Below are positions 1-12,528 of a stretch of 64,000 nucleotides of DNA, one piece after another. A program made the translations under genes and the position numbers. The stretch covers positions 16,858,950 through 16,922,949 of the forward strand of contig NC_134029.1 in NCBI RefSeq assembly GCF_964204645.1, given 5' to 3'. The stretch comes from Tubulanus polymorphus (Eukaryota; Animalia; Nemertea). The notes under the pieces are model-generated. The model worked only from the letters and a program-made list of their open reading frames with translations. It did not search any database and was not told the DNA's origin. How positions within the stretch are numbered: position 1 is the stretch's first letter; each line of letters starts with the position of its first letter.

Positions 1-1107
1 CCCCTATAAACCCCTAAATTCCCTCCGGTACAGCAGCGGAGACACTATGTGGTATTGAAAGGGTTAAGCACCATTGATGTAATGGTAAGAGGCATCTGGT
101 ATGATTCAGCCAAGTCTGTTGTCTCACATATGCCCTCTGGAGGTGCTACAGAGCTCTCCTGTGACATGTTGCTACTATAGGCTAGCCTGATTGCTAGCTC
201 AATATTTTAGCGATGGAGAAGAAATATTTTCCAGTGACAAATAGCCGGGGAAGAGATTTCTGATTTTAACTTCTTGGCCAGTAGGCCCTGAGGGGTACTG
301 ATGTCGCCATCATCCATCCTTCCATCCATGCGGGCGTTGAGGAAGAGCTCATTCCTTATATGTACATTTTAGAGTTTTGACCCACTTTTCCCATTAATTG
401 GTTTAGGCCTATGGATTCTTGATGGGAGTTGGATATCCTCCATTGTTTTTGACTTGCCCAAGATAGTCACCACAGCCATTTTGGGTGAGGCAGGTGTTTT
501 GCACCTATGTTTCCTGCTCTAGATTGTACAGTTTTGGATCAAGTTTCCTCGAAACTTAAGCTAAGCTCAGGTCGTGTTATGTCCCGATCATCTCGCCATA
601 AGAACATTGGTAGTAAACACGTGACCGCTGATTGCCGATTCGTTTGTTGCAACGCCGTAAGAGCACTCGGGTCGACTACGACTCGGTCATCGGCGAGTCT
701 AAAGGTCATGTGATGCATAACTCTTTGACGACGATCTGATCGTAGAATTCGAACTCATTCTATCCATGCGGTTTCGGCTTACGATGGGCCTACGATCAAT
801 CCATTGCGGTCGTAAATAAACTCGTAAAAGTTTCAAAAAAGTTTCCCGATGCAAAAATTGCAGACTGTTCCGAAAAGATGATCGGGTTGTCAGTCGACCT
901 GAGCAATATTTGTAGAGCTTTCACATGCCGGCCGAGGCGTGTTGCTGGTGTAGCTATAGTTTGTAAAAATCGAAATTATCGTGCTTAACTCATTAACTCC
1001 GGAATACCCAAATTAAAAATCTCGCGCAGCATACGGAATTTCCGCCATTTTGGTTAACAAGGGATTCCCCCTCTGGTACTTCGCATGATCAATAGTGTCT
1101 ATGACGC

Positions 1108-1323
1108 AGAACGATAACCACACTCAAATGTGGTGAAAGGATAATAAGATAAAACCCACTATCTACAGATTAAAAGAATTTAAAAACAAGAATTTATTTA
1201 TTCAAGTGACGATGATCTCTAGGGTGAGATCGAAACGTCGTGTCTTATATATATTTTAGATTGAATAAATAAATTCTTGTTTTTAAATTCTTTTAATCTG
1301 TAAATAGTGGGTTTTTATCTTAT
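1108..1323. mobile_element. Short insertion with internal inverted repeat and hammerhead-like core; probable Penelope-like retroelement end fragment
   Basis: 15-bp direct repeat TAGTGTCTATGACGC at 1093-1107 and 1324-1338. A ~63-bp inverted repeat (1142-1205 vs 1261-1324) flanks gTGACGA-tgatctc-tagggt-gagatc-GAAAcgtc. Confidence 0.55.
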
Positions 1324-3217
1324 TAGTGTCTATGACGCGTTGCGTACGGGATTCCATGGAATTCCCTTACATAATTTATGATAATATTGTGTACTTGTAT
1401 TCTGATTGGTTAAAATCACGTGTAGTTCAAACGTAGGCAGTGTTTACATTTGTGACATCATGAAAGCCGCTCTTAGCGGCTTTGTGTATGCAACGGTAAA
1501 TACCGGCGAGCCGCTGACAGCCGCTTAACATATTCATTGAGTTAAGTAATGTTAGTTAGACATTTGGGCATGATCGGTTGATGTGATCAAAACTGGTCAA
1601 ATATGGCCACTTTGCCAGTTGATAAAAAAGTAATTCATTGAATATTCGTTTCGAACTAGCACTTTATAATTTTCAGCTGGTAAGAACTATTCAAATTGCC
1701 AAGAGCCAGTTTACGTGGATTTGCAATTTTGACATTACTTTAGATCAAGACTTCTATAAATTTTTAGGCCAGTTCTAGGCTGAGCCTATTAATATACTGA
1801 TGGCATAGTACTTACATGACATAGTTTCCAGATGAAAGGCTTTTTCACTGTGCAACTGAGCATGTATTCATACAAATCATGCATTCAAGCATTATCCATT
1901 TTCCAATTCCTAGGAAGCCAGATTTTGAAAAAGGCTTCAGCATAACAGTAGGTTTTTCATGAAAATCTAAACGCAAAAATATCAGTTTTATAAAGCCTAA
2001 CAGAAAGCAAAGTCTCTTCTATGATTGGCTTAGCGGGAGAAATTAGCAGGTGTTCACATGAGCCCACGGTATCGTCTACTGTTATACTTCCGGGTTTTAT
2101 TTTAAGATTTAAATTTGTATTTCAAGATCGATTTCTGTGAAATCTTTAGTTGAATTGGTTTTTGGGAGGAATATTTTTATTTAAGCTACAGAAAATCCAT
2201 CCTTGAAAATTGCGCAATATTCGGGAAAAAAAGCTTTTTCTTAAATCGAATGGATGACCTTGATATGCTATTTAGAAATGATTGCATGATTGTACATGTA
2301 AATTACATTAGCCGTGTTCACACTAGATACGGCGCTTGTGTAATACCGTACTTCACTGGTACCAAATTCACCAAAATACGGCGTTTACACAGCCGGTTAC
2401 GTTCACACGTATAGTCGGCAATTCAGCACTTAGTAAGCCCAGTATAGTAGTCACCCGGTGTGCCAATAGAGGGGAGTGTAATTAGTGTTGAGTGTATTGT
2501 ACTACGCGGATGTAAATGCGCGGCTAGCTAAGCGCCGAATCTGCTTTCACACTACCGTAAATACGCGGCCAGCTCAGTACCGCACTGAGATTGGATTTGC
2601 AGGCTTGCAAGCCCATCTTGCTATCACAGGGATTGATAATTTACTTTCGTTAGAAACTTTCTTGGGCTCTGATATTCACACACATTTAATCTGGTGTATA
2701 AGTTTCTTTGTTTTATGATTTTATTTTATCGGTTTTGTTATTTCAGCAGCGCATGTAAACCTTTGTTGAGCATGCGTGATCAGTCTTGAAATTGGTATTC
2801 ATGTGCGGCATAGTGCTGATAACAATTCAATTCATTCTTTATTGACACAATAAATATTTCACAATAAAACACTTACTTTTGCGTTAATTTCATTGGGTGC
2901 TTGCATTAGCGGCCATTTGAAAAAATCTTTGTATGAACATTTATTTGTTTTCAGTTTATCTAAAACTTAAAACCGCTTTTCTGTGAAATAAATTCATAAT
3001 TTCTTAGATAATTTCTTTTAAGCCCATAGAGATACTCATCTCCCCTTCCTTATTTTTCAAAACCTTCCCTGTGCCCCAGTTCACCCTTAGCAGCATCTCC
3101 TGTAGGCCTATGTGGCCAGTTGCACTTTCTAATGCCAATTGCCTGTACCCCATTGCAAGGAGTTGAAAATGTAAAAGTTTTCTGACAATTGGTTGATAAG
3201 ATTTGATTTATTTTCAG

Positions 3218-3337
3218 AGTGCATTGCATAATTTGGAGGATATGAAACAAGGCAGACAGAGTTTAGTGGATCGAATCCACCGAGATCGTGGTCGACAAAT
3301 GGTTGCGCATAGACGTCAATTGCCTTTTGAAAAACGA
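3218..3337 (+). CDS. CRTC: CRTC coding exon (SALHNLEDMKQGRQSLVDRIHRDRGRQMVAHRRQLPFEKR)
   Basis: ttttcag acceptor; 120 nt, phase 0/0. Resembles the vertebrate CRTC 'GLVDRVYRERGR...HRR' segment. Followed by a GTATCCTTT donor. Confidence 0.85.
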
Positions 3338-5319
3338 GTATCCTTTCAAATATTTAACTCTGGGGAAAATATATAATCACTCCCTGGAAACATTTTGCTA
3401 GATCATTGCTGAAAACTATTTGGTTTAACTTAGAAATCAAGATTTTTCATTCGTGAAGATTGCAAAATTGCTTAAAAATCATTCGCATCTTTTTGGGCGT
3501 TAAACCGATGCTTTTATCACTAAATCTAAACAACTTGCATGTGATTTACAGTTCATTATAACAGTTTTGCAAATCTGCTATTGTTCAAAAAGATCAATGA
3601 GCCGCATAATTTTGGAAAGTTTTCTTCAAAATGATTAATCACATTACAAGCATTTATACTTATAGAGGCCAGCACTGTCTGTCTGGCAGTGTTAGTAATT
3701 GATTTCAATTCACTTTAATCGATATTTTGTTATGTAGCACTGGTGGACATCACAATGTTGAAAAACAAATGTTGCCTGGAAATCATTTTTGGAAAAAGAT
3801 TTTTGGAGTTGAAAAACTCCTTGAGGAGTCGCAATCCTCCAGTGGCCAATAGTACCAGGGAGCATGAATTACTTTATCTATCCGACCAAAAAAGTTTTAG
3901 AGCAATAGAAATACATCACTCGGAGTCTCTATAGGCCCTAAAGCAATATGAAAGGAAGCATTCATGGCTGCATCTTCATGCGGTGTAAAGTTTTTGTATT
4001 CCATTGATTGAGCATTTCTTGTCCTTTGATGGTATAGCTACCAAAATCCCAGTCACAGATAGCTTTATAATGAAGAATGCTGGAACAGCTATATGAAGTA
4101 AACATTCGAATTTCTGGTTTTTACCATAGGATATAGAAGATTTTGGAATACTGGCCTGAGCTCTGAATCGGGAAATGTTTTGCTGTCACAAAATTAGGAA
4201 TTTTGTATAAGTTCTTAATAAAACTCTTAAAATAGCAATGGAATTTTGTTGGTTTAATTCAAAATGATTATTAAAATTTGGCTTGCTCTTGCTAGAAATG
4301 ATCATTGAGCATAAGCACACACCACCAGATTGTGTTAGTGAATGGACAATAAAGAATTAGATTGATTTGATAAGTTTTCACCCCTTAGCTTGACTTCTTT
4401 TCATGGGAACATCGTGACTTATGGATCTGTGTCTTGATTGACAAGAATTGAGTAACATTTTGGAAATTGATCATGAAGTTATAGTGACTTGAGCCTGAAG
4501 AAAGATGGCCCGTTCCCAAAAGAAGGATATTTGAGTAAAAATTGATCATAAAGGTATCGAACCGGCTATAGTCTAACGTATTGATTAGGTGTAGGCCTAC
4601 TGAAATCGGAACAGAGAGATAAATGGACATAAGGTGCTGAGGGCGGCTTGGAATCTCTTTGAAGCCGGTTGGCTGACTATCCTGTCGCTGATGAGTGCCA
4701 GTGATTCCATTCGACTTGACAAAGGGTGAATTGCAGAATTGGTCAATCTTACATCGAAAAAGGGTGAAGCATATCAGCAATAAGCTGTGAGGTTCATAGT
4801 TTGAATTAGATAGTTTATACGTACAATATAACCTGTTTAATTCGGATTATTTGGGACCAACAAAATTCATCTGGTTTATGGGAAATCCTGATTAAAAGTC
4901 ATTCATTAATAAACAAGTGGACTGCAAATTGCCTGGAATTGACCAAAACCTTGATTAAGCCGATCCGGATTAAACAGGTTCTATTGTATGTGTTATTGAA
5001 GGTAAATACTTTGTTGCTGATTTTAGATGGACTAGTGGGATTGACTGATTTCCTGGTTACCGGAAATATCTGAAAAATGCTGAAAAAAAAACTATAACTG
5101 TTGTGCATTGGGTGCAGATAAACTTGAAAGGAATATCGAGATTGTCAGATTGTCAAGCATCTCACCAAGGAGGCATTGTGTCTATGGACCACTAGTTCAT
5201 ACTAGGAGAAACCATGGCAAATTGTCATTGTATATTGTGCCATTGTATATACTGATAGCTCGGTCAGGGTTGTTTCTTTCTTGCATTTATTCTGGTATCA
5301 ACTCTTTAACTGAAATAAG
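3338..5319 (+). other. U12-type (minor spliceosome) GT-AG intron of CRTC
   Basis: Donor GTATCCTTT matches the U12 consensus. Branch-point-like CTCTTTAAC at 5302-5310 lies just upstream of the AG at 5318-5319, with no polypyrimidine tract. Confidence 0.8.
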
Positions 5320-5378
5320 ATTGATTGTTCACCGTATGGATCGACGTATCTATCGCCGCCAGATACCAGTTGGAGGAG
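5320..5378 (+). CDS. CRTC: CRTC coding exon (IDCSPYGSTYLSPPDTSWR)
   Basis: Conserved CRTC motif SPYG..YLSPP.DTSWRR. 59 nt, phase 0/2, gtaact donor; joins 8932 in frame. Confidence 0.9.
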
Positions 5379-6999
5379 GTAACTATCTGTTGAATTCTTT
5401 CAAAAAACATTAACATATCCTAGAAAACCGATGGACATTAGCACGTATTGATGATGATATTTTTTCGAGGCTTAGAAATAATATGAAATTTGCAGTTTTT
5501 TGGGTCTGAAGCTATAAAAAGCTATGCTATGGATTATTCTTGTTGTTTTAAGTACTAGTATTTGTTCTCATAAACTTTTGATCTGCCTTTGTGAAGTTAT
5601 ACCGAAAAGTAATTGACAATCGAAGACTGCAAATGGTATGAACCCTATGTGTTATGATAATAGTTTGGGAAAGCGGAACCTAGTATCTATAGAAATTTGT
5701 TTAAATAAACACAGACAGATATGATATCTCTGTAGCTCTCTTTTACTGGGTAACATGGGGAAACTAAAAAAAAAACAATTCTTAGCTCCACTGGGCTCTA
5801 TGGGCAATAGAGCTGAAGGTTTAGGGGGATTGCTGTAGTTGTCCGTGTGTTCATGGTCGACATTTACTTTAGATTATTACTAGTCCTAAAGTTATTAATG
5901 GACCAAGATGAAATATGGTACCACTGATCTGTCAGCCAAGGCCTTAAAACAATATAGAGCCTTTTTACAGGGTGTGTCCTAGGGGTGGGGTCCATGTTTC
6001 TACTAGTTCATGGCTACTAGTTCTACAGTTTTTATCTGATCGGTACTAAATTTTCAGAATTTTATCTGTCATGGCCTACAAGAATAAAGAGCTGATCATC
6101 AACTAAAAAAGTTTTCCAGATAGAGCTTTCATATTTCACATGAATGTGTCAACTGGCATGACCTATTACATGACTTTACTTCGTACCTGACCAAGCAGGC
6201 TTATAATAATAATAATGATAATAACTTAAATGCGTTTGCGTCTTGTTTGAAGAAAATAAAGCCATTTTGGCATACACTATATAGCAGTAATGTTATGAAG
6301 ACCACAAAGGCCTTGTAAACTATACCGCATTTGTGGGGGGGGGGGGGGTATTAAAAGGCTACCCATAGCAGTGGAGCCATTAGATAAATCTATGGGATTT
6401 ACATACACACTGAAATATTATTAAGGCAGTGGCACATCCCTACTGCATTCTACTGTATTCCGGAATTTAGTAAGAGAAAGATTACAAAAACTGAATTCCC
6501 TCCAGAATTTTCTTGTGGCAAAAACCCCTACCGTAGATCTTTTTTAGTATTATCAAGTTTAGGTAATGGGGAGTTGTGTTTGAAACAAAAGTGAAATATT
6601 CATTCCAGTTTCGATTTTGAAGATTTGAAACAGGTCACCAGGTCAGTGAATTACATTATCAATTGAATTACAACAGTTGTACTTATATAAACCCAGTAGT
6701 ATGATATTTCATATGATTGTCCTATCTAATCATCTTTTCAAATTATTACCTCCCATCCACATTCAATATTTCATACTATATACTAGCCTACATGTACAGA
6801 TATACTTGAAATGTTGTGCTATTTGCTTGAAACAATTTGATGGTTTGTCCATAAATCAAGTGGAATAAATATATTCCTATTTTGTAACTGAAATAGATTA
6901 CATATTTTGTAACTGATTTAAGTTAATTGATTGAAAAATCAACATTTCATCGAAGTTTAAGAAAGTAAATGAAAAATGGTGAGCTAAGTGTGAGACTAA

Positions 7000-7200
7000 G
7001 ATTAAGGGAGTTCAGAGAGTTTAAAACAAAAGTGTTGGGTTGGTTAGGACTGAAATGAGCTCACTCTGTCTTGAATGAAAGTCTTGGGGAGTTCAAAGAG
7101 TTTAAAATATGACTCAGGTTAGTTATAGGACTAAGATCAGCTCTGTCTGTCTTGATTGAAACATGTGGGGAGTTCAGAGAGTTTAAAACCAGACTGTTGG
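7000..7200. repeat. Three degenerate ~80-bp tandem units (GGGAGTTCAGAGAGTTTAAAA...)
   Basis: Motif recurs at ~7006, ~7087 and ~7168. Confidence 0.6.
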
Positions 7201-7395
7201 GTCCAAAATCAACTCAGTCTATTGAGGGAACAAAATGATGATCAACTGCTTGTAACAACCTTCAATCAGCATTTTTCAATGAATTCAACAATCCAAATTT
7301 ATCCTGACTAGCTCAGTGAAACCGCTCCCTAAATCCACTTTCATGAAAAGGTCAAACTCATAGATCAATTTGATTTTTTCATCAATTCAGTTATC

Positions 7396-8218
7396 AATAC
7401 GGGATATCGACAAATTCAAGTTCTTGAATTACTCGTTTGATGGCGCTAGTCGGAACCGGAAATTGAAACCTAAATCCGCCATGTTCTAGTTCATTTGCAA
7501 TAAAAATCTCTCGCTTCAAACTTTTAATTAGCGATATTTTACTTACTATACATAGGCACGCACAATCCTTTAAGTATGATATCCGGACAATGTGTTGAAT
7601 TCGATAAAACCTCACTTTGAATGCTAAAGATCACTAGAAATGTCAAAAAACTACCAAAAATCACAAATTTAGCGATGACGCTCGAAGCAGCTAACGGAAG
7701 TAATGACTGGCGCCCGGTGTCATCATTTTGTTGTTGAGTTCAAGACTCTAAGGTGAATTTATTGCAGGCTACACTGATAAATATGAAATAATATTACGAA
7801 ATAAAATTGATTTTTGAAGGACTACACTCGTAGATTCATAATAAAAATATGAAAAGTACCAGGACTCGAACCAACAATCGAAATTGGGCCGTCAAGTGCT
7901 GCCACCATGTGATACCTGGCAACTAGTCTTTACATCTTCAGCCGTTGCAAAATGTTTTTTGATAATTTTAAGACACTTAGTGATTTCTAGCCTTTGCAAT
8001 GAGGTTTTATCATATCCAACATTACGGTAGATTATCATATTTAAAGGATTACGCGTGACGATATATAGTAAGTAGAATATCGCTGATTGAAAACTTGAAG
8101 CGAGAGATTTTCATTGCAAATGAACTAGAGCATGGCGGATTTAGGTTCCAATTTCCGGTTCTGACTAGCGCCATCAAACGAGTAATCCAAGAACTTGAAT
8201 TTGTCGATATCCCGTATT
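7396..8218. mobile_element. MITE / foldback DNA element with ~270-bp imperfect terminal inverted repeats
   Basis: AATACGGGATATCGACAAATTCAAGTTCTTG... at the left end is mirrored by ...CAAGAACTTGAATTTGTCGATATCCCGTATT at the right end. No clear TSD. Confidence 0.8.
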
Positions 8219-8931
8219 AGATTAAGATAAACTGGATGCTGGGCACAGTTCTACAGTCCTGGCTGAATTGACTACACTGCATCCAGTTGCTCAAAGGTTG
8301 GTTTAAGTTAACCAGTGGATAATTGATACAGTGACTGACAATCAAAACTGCATTGTTACCATGGTATTCATTCGATGGTTTACTTAACCCCTCAACTATA
8401 TGGCATGATTTAACTCGTTCAAGCCAACTTTTACCCCACGATTTGGACTAGATAACTTGTGGACACTTCTAGTTTCCCCTGTGTTTTTCGAAGAGTTTAT
8501 TCAAGCTTTTGGTTATTCGTCAAACTACTAGTTCGTTAGAGGCGCGATACCAGTGGTTTTACTCAGCAAGCAGGCAGCTGTTCTACAGCTGTCTGTACAG
8601 TCCATTCAATTCCTAGGTCCCAAAATCATTGTTTTGAAATATTTCAAGAAAGGGCCATATCACCAAATGGCCACTTTGACTGTGCCAACTGAAACAGTTA
8701 GGAGGGTGACACACATCACCCAAATGGATATCATGGTACTAATGCTGTTTTACATGTCAACTATTTGATAGTTTACTCTTACCAACATCTGAGCAACTGA
8801 GTCCCGATCAGTTACGTTGAACCATCTTAAATCAACTAACCTCTGATATTTAGTTGTTAGATCAGTAATATATAACCTTGACCTTATCTCTGCCCTAGTT
8901 AATTCTATGATACGGTGTATTTCTCTTGCAG

Positions 8932-9026
8932 GACAAATTCAGACTCAGCTCTTCACACGAGTGCAATGTCGCCATCTGCATCAACAGAGAATTTGGGAGC
9001 GACTACCCCTCCTCCTAACAGACGCA
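8932..9026 (+). CDS. CRTC: CRTC coding exon (RTNSDSALHTSAMSPSASTENLGATTPPPNRR), SIK/AMPK phosphosite and 14-3-3 motif
   Basis: Diagnostic RTNSDSALH motif; ttgcag acceptor, gtgagt donor; phase 2/1. Confidence 0.93.
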
Positions 9027-9112
9027 GTGAGTATTCAAACACTTTACTCAAATGGCATAAACATCAATTCTTTTCATTCTCTAATATTTGTGTCAATCAA
9101 TAGTTTTATTAG

Positions 9113-9209
9113 GTGATTCTCTCGGTGATAATTTACTAAAAGGTTTCTGGGATCCAAAGAAACCATTAGCGCAATCGCGACCTAAATCCTGTGAAGTTCC
9201 TGGCATCAA
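9113..9209 (+). CDS. CRTC: CRTC coding exon (..DSLGDNLLKGFWDPKKPLAQSRPKSCEVPGI); alternative in-frame acceptor would start it at 9104
   Basis: Conserved SRPKSCEVPGI motif; gtaagt donor; phase 1/2. Confidence 0.88.
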
Positions 9210-9404
9210 GTAAGTACCTCTCATTGAATCTTGATGAACAACTTCGCCAATCTTTTTAGTACATTTCAAAAAAGAAAGAAAACTTTGGACACTACTTTTA
9301 ATAAGGTGTCAAGGAAAGGTCAATGGAGCTTTAGGGGTGTCTGCCTGTCAACTTTTGTTTCATGGCAGACAAATTTTTGCTCGCTTATTTTTGGCCATTT
9401 TTAA

Positions 9405-10277
9405 CATGGCTCCCACACTACCGTGAAAACGTGAAAAACTTGTGAATATAGGATACAAATTTCATGGTAGTGAAAAACTTGTGAATTTGCCAAAAATCTG
9501 TAAAATCCGTGAAAAGACAGGGAATTTGAGAAGAGGTTGTTTTATTTTGCAATTGTCATAATTTCCGATGCATAGAACGAAACAAATGTTGATCGACTTA
9601 ATAACATCACGTTAACAAATTCAATTCAACATTACACCTAATTATTACACCTAAATTAATTGTTATTGTGCGGTGGCGCCATCTATCCCGCGATCTCAAG
9701 GTCGATTGGTGAAGCCGCCTGATTTCATTTTTCACTGTTTTTTTATCATGTGTCAAGTGGATTCATGTTTTAAAAGGTAGGGTTTATACTATATATGATC
9801 AGCTTCTGAGGTAAATTGCTGTAGGCTACATCAAATGAATGAAGCTCTGAAAGTTACTGAGTTTAGTTTGACTTGTTGTTAGTAAAAGCCGAGCCGAGTT
9901 GTAACAGTATCAGCTAGGTCAGGCTTGACAGACATTGGGGTACGCATCCGAAGCTGTATTCTTATAAGGATTAACTCTGATCATATGTTACGTGTATTTT
10001 TGAAAATTTTATTATCTTGTTGCAACAAACATTAGTGGAAACGAAATAGCAAGCGGACAGAGCATCGTATTACGAATTTATAAAACTGCGCACCAACCTA
10101 CGCTGCAGTATATTAATTTTACGGAAGAAGAGGTCAAGGTCTATGTAGACCTGAGTACCAAAATGGATACTAATACTACTAGTATCCCGGAAATCATTTG
10201 TGAAAATGGAAAGTTTTTCAGTGAAGAACTTGTGAAAAAGTAGTGAATTTTATTTTGTCTTAAGTGTGGGAGCCATG
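9405..10277. mobile_element. Non-autonomous DNA transposon (MITE) with 15-bp TIR
   Basis: CATGGCTCCCACACT...AGTGTGGGAGCCATG, TTTTAA on both flanks, subterminal GTGAAAA repeats. Confidence 0.75.
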
Positions 10278-10711
10278 TTTTAAAGATTCATGGAGAATTT
10301 TGAAAATGCTTTGATTCAATTCTTTTGAAGAACATGTATATATCCCCATTGAACCTATCTCTCTTTGCGGAGAAAATTGGGTAGATCCAGTGTGAATGTC
10401 ATTTTCAGCCTTTGTTGTGCTATTAGCAACATCCTGGCTGTTATTGAAGGGCTTATTTTGAAGGGCATCTGTCACATGATTCTTTGTGATTTATGTCTAT
10501 GCAATCATGTCGTAAAGCAGATCCGACCCCAATTTGAATCTGATTAATTGGATAACATTTAACACAATCTCTCGTCCCGGGTGAAGGTTTTGCAATGTAA
10601 TATTGAATTCAAATGTGGGGTTTGGGCAGGTATATTCTGAAATACCATAGGCCTATCTGGTCTAGATTTCAGCCAGGTTACTTTTTACATAAGTTTATCA
10701 ACTATTTTTAG

Positions 10712-10911
10712 TATTTTTCCATCTGCCGAACAAGACACCGGAGTTCATATTCCCATTTCCAATAATACGGGTTCGTTGCCTGATCTGACGAGTATACACT
10801 TCCCGTCACCGTTAGCAACGCCGTTAGATACAGAGGATCAAAACTTTAACCAGCAACAGCAACAACAAACAAGTCCTACTAGTCTGTCACCTACATCAGC
10901 ACATCATATTG
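10712..10911 (+). CDS. CRTC: CRTC coding exon (NIFPSAEQ...[22 protein letters not shown]...QQQQQQ...)
   Basis: Conserved GSLPDLT..HFPSPL.TPLD motif; tttttag acceptor, gtatgt donor; phase 2/1. Confidence 0.93.
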
Positions 10912-11877
10912 GTATGTATTTTCATCTTTCTGTCCATTCATCTATCTCACTGTCCACTCATCCATCTACCTCACTGTCCATCCATCTATCTCACTGGCCA
11001 TCCATCTTCCATCTGATTTTGTACCTACTACGATGTGTATGTATTTAATTGATCAGACAGACACGCGCGCGGCAACAGAGGTAATGTATATAGGCCTACT
11101 TACTGTGGCTGCACGTGTGTGGCGAATGCCTTCAGATATTATACACTACTGTGTGATGATTTTTAGTGAGCATTCATCGGCGCGTTTTAACTGCAGTAAT
11201 TCAGGGCTCGACCCGTAATACCTGAGATGCTGAATGTCATTGAATGAGGATGTGCCACATTGGAACTAGCCATTACCTTCCAATATGTAATAGTCGTTCA
11301 TGGGTTCAAGATCGCTCTCAGTGCTTGGAAAACGCTTTTAATTTCTAAAATTTTCTTGGGTGAACCCCCAAACCCCCCCAAAATAGTTTCGCGCCATCAG
11401 CAATTGTGAGTGCATCCATTTACCACACTGCCCATCTATCTACCTCACTATCCATCCATCTACCTCACTGCCCTTCCATCTGTCTCACTGTCCATCCATC
11501 GGTCTCACTGTCCATCCATCCATCTCACTCTATCCGTCTATCTCACTGTCTATCCCTCTCGCTATCCATTCATCTATATAACTCCATTTCCATTTAGGTC
11601 TGGTGTTGATTCCTTTGAAAATTTGTGTTCGTACACTTTTTTCCCCTGGTGGAAATAAGTGGAAATCATTTTGCAATTATAGAATTCTGAGATGTTGTCC
11701 ATAAAGATAAAGCCAAAGGAAGCTTGTTTCTTGAAAATGAAAATTGGATTATCATTGATTTATATCACTGATTTATGGGCCAGTCTTGAATGTGTTTATT
11801 CTTGAAATTCAAAATAAAATATAGCTGCAAAGCAGCGATAACGGGTTTTCTGCACAGTCTTAGAATCCTGTTCAACG

Positions 11878-12115
11878 GTGGATTTCAACAAAGCATTTGA
11901 TAAGGCTCAACATCAGCCATTACTGAACAGGCTATTAGGAAACAGTATCAATGATAGGTCGCCCAAATGGCACAGCAGTTATCTCTGAACGGAAACTTGT
12001 AACCGAAATCAACGGAACGCCTCATCTCGGAATGAGACGGTCTAACTAGTGGAGTCACGCAAGGTAGTATCCTAAGTCGTCTTCTGTTTAATGTCCTGAC
12101 AAATGACATACACAG
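11878..12115 (+). pseudogene. Decayed non-LTR (CR1/L2-like) reverse transcriptase fragment
   Basis: Translates to VDFNKAFDKAQHQPLLNRL...KWHSSYL* and TSGVTQGSILSRLLFNVLTNDI, matching the DFxKAFD and GVPQGSxLxPxLF RT motifs. Contains a stop and a frameshift. Confidence 0.8.
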
Positions 12116-12189
12116 TAATCCAAAATATACCAGACCGAGTAAATTTCCAAAACAACCTTAACACACTGTTTGACCAAAAACTTAATGTT

Positions 12190-12528
12190 CCGACAAAACC
12201 ACGGGCGACAAAACCAAAATTATGAATTGTCGCGGGTTACAAAACCAAAATATTGAATTGTCACGGGCGACAAAACAAAAATAATGAATTGTCGCGGGCG
12301 ATAAAACCAAAATAATGAATTGTCGCGGGCGATAAAACCACAATGATGAATTTCCGCGGGCGTTAAAACCAAAATATTGAATTGTTGCGGGCGATAAAAC
12401 CAAAATAATGAAGTGTCGCGGACGACAAAAACTAACTATTGAATTGTTGCGTGCGACAAAACCAAAATGATGAATTGTCGCGGGCGACAAAACCAAAATA
12501 ATGAATTGTCGCGGGCGACAAAACCAAA
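12190..12528. repeat. 31-bp satellite, left block (GCGGGCGACAAAACCAAAATAATGAATTGTC)
   Basis: About 11 tandem units visible. Confidence 0.95.
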
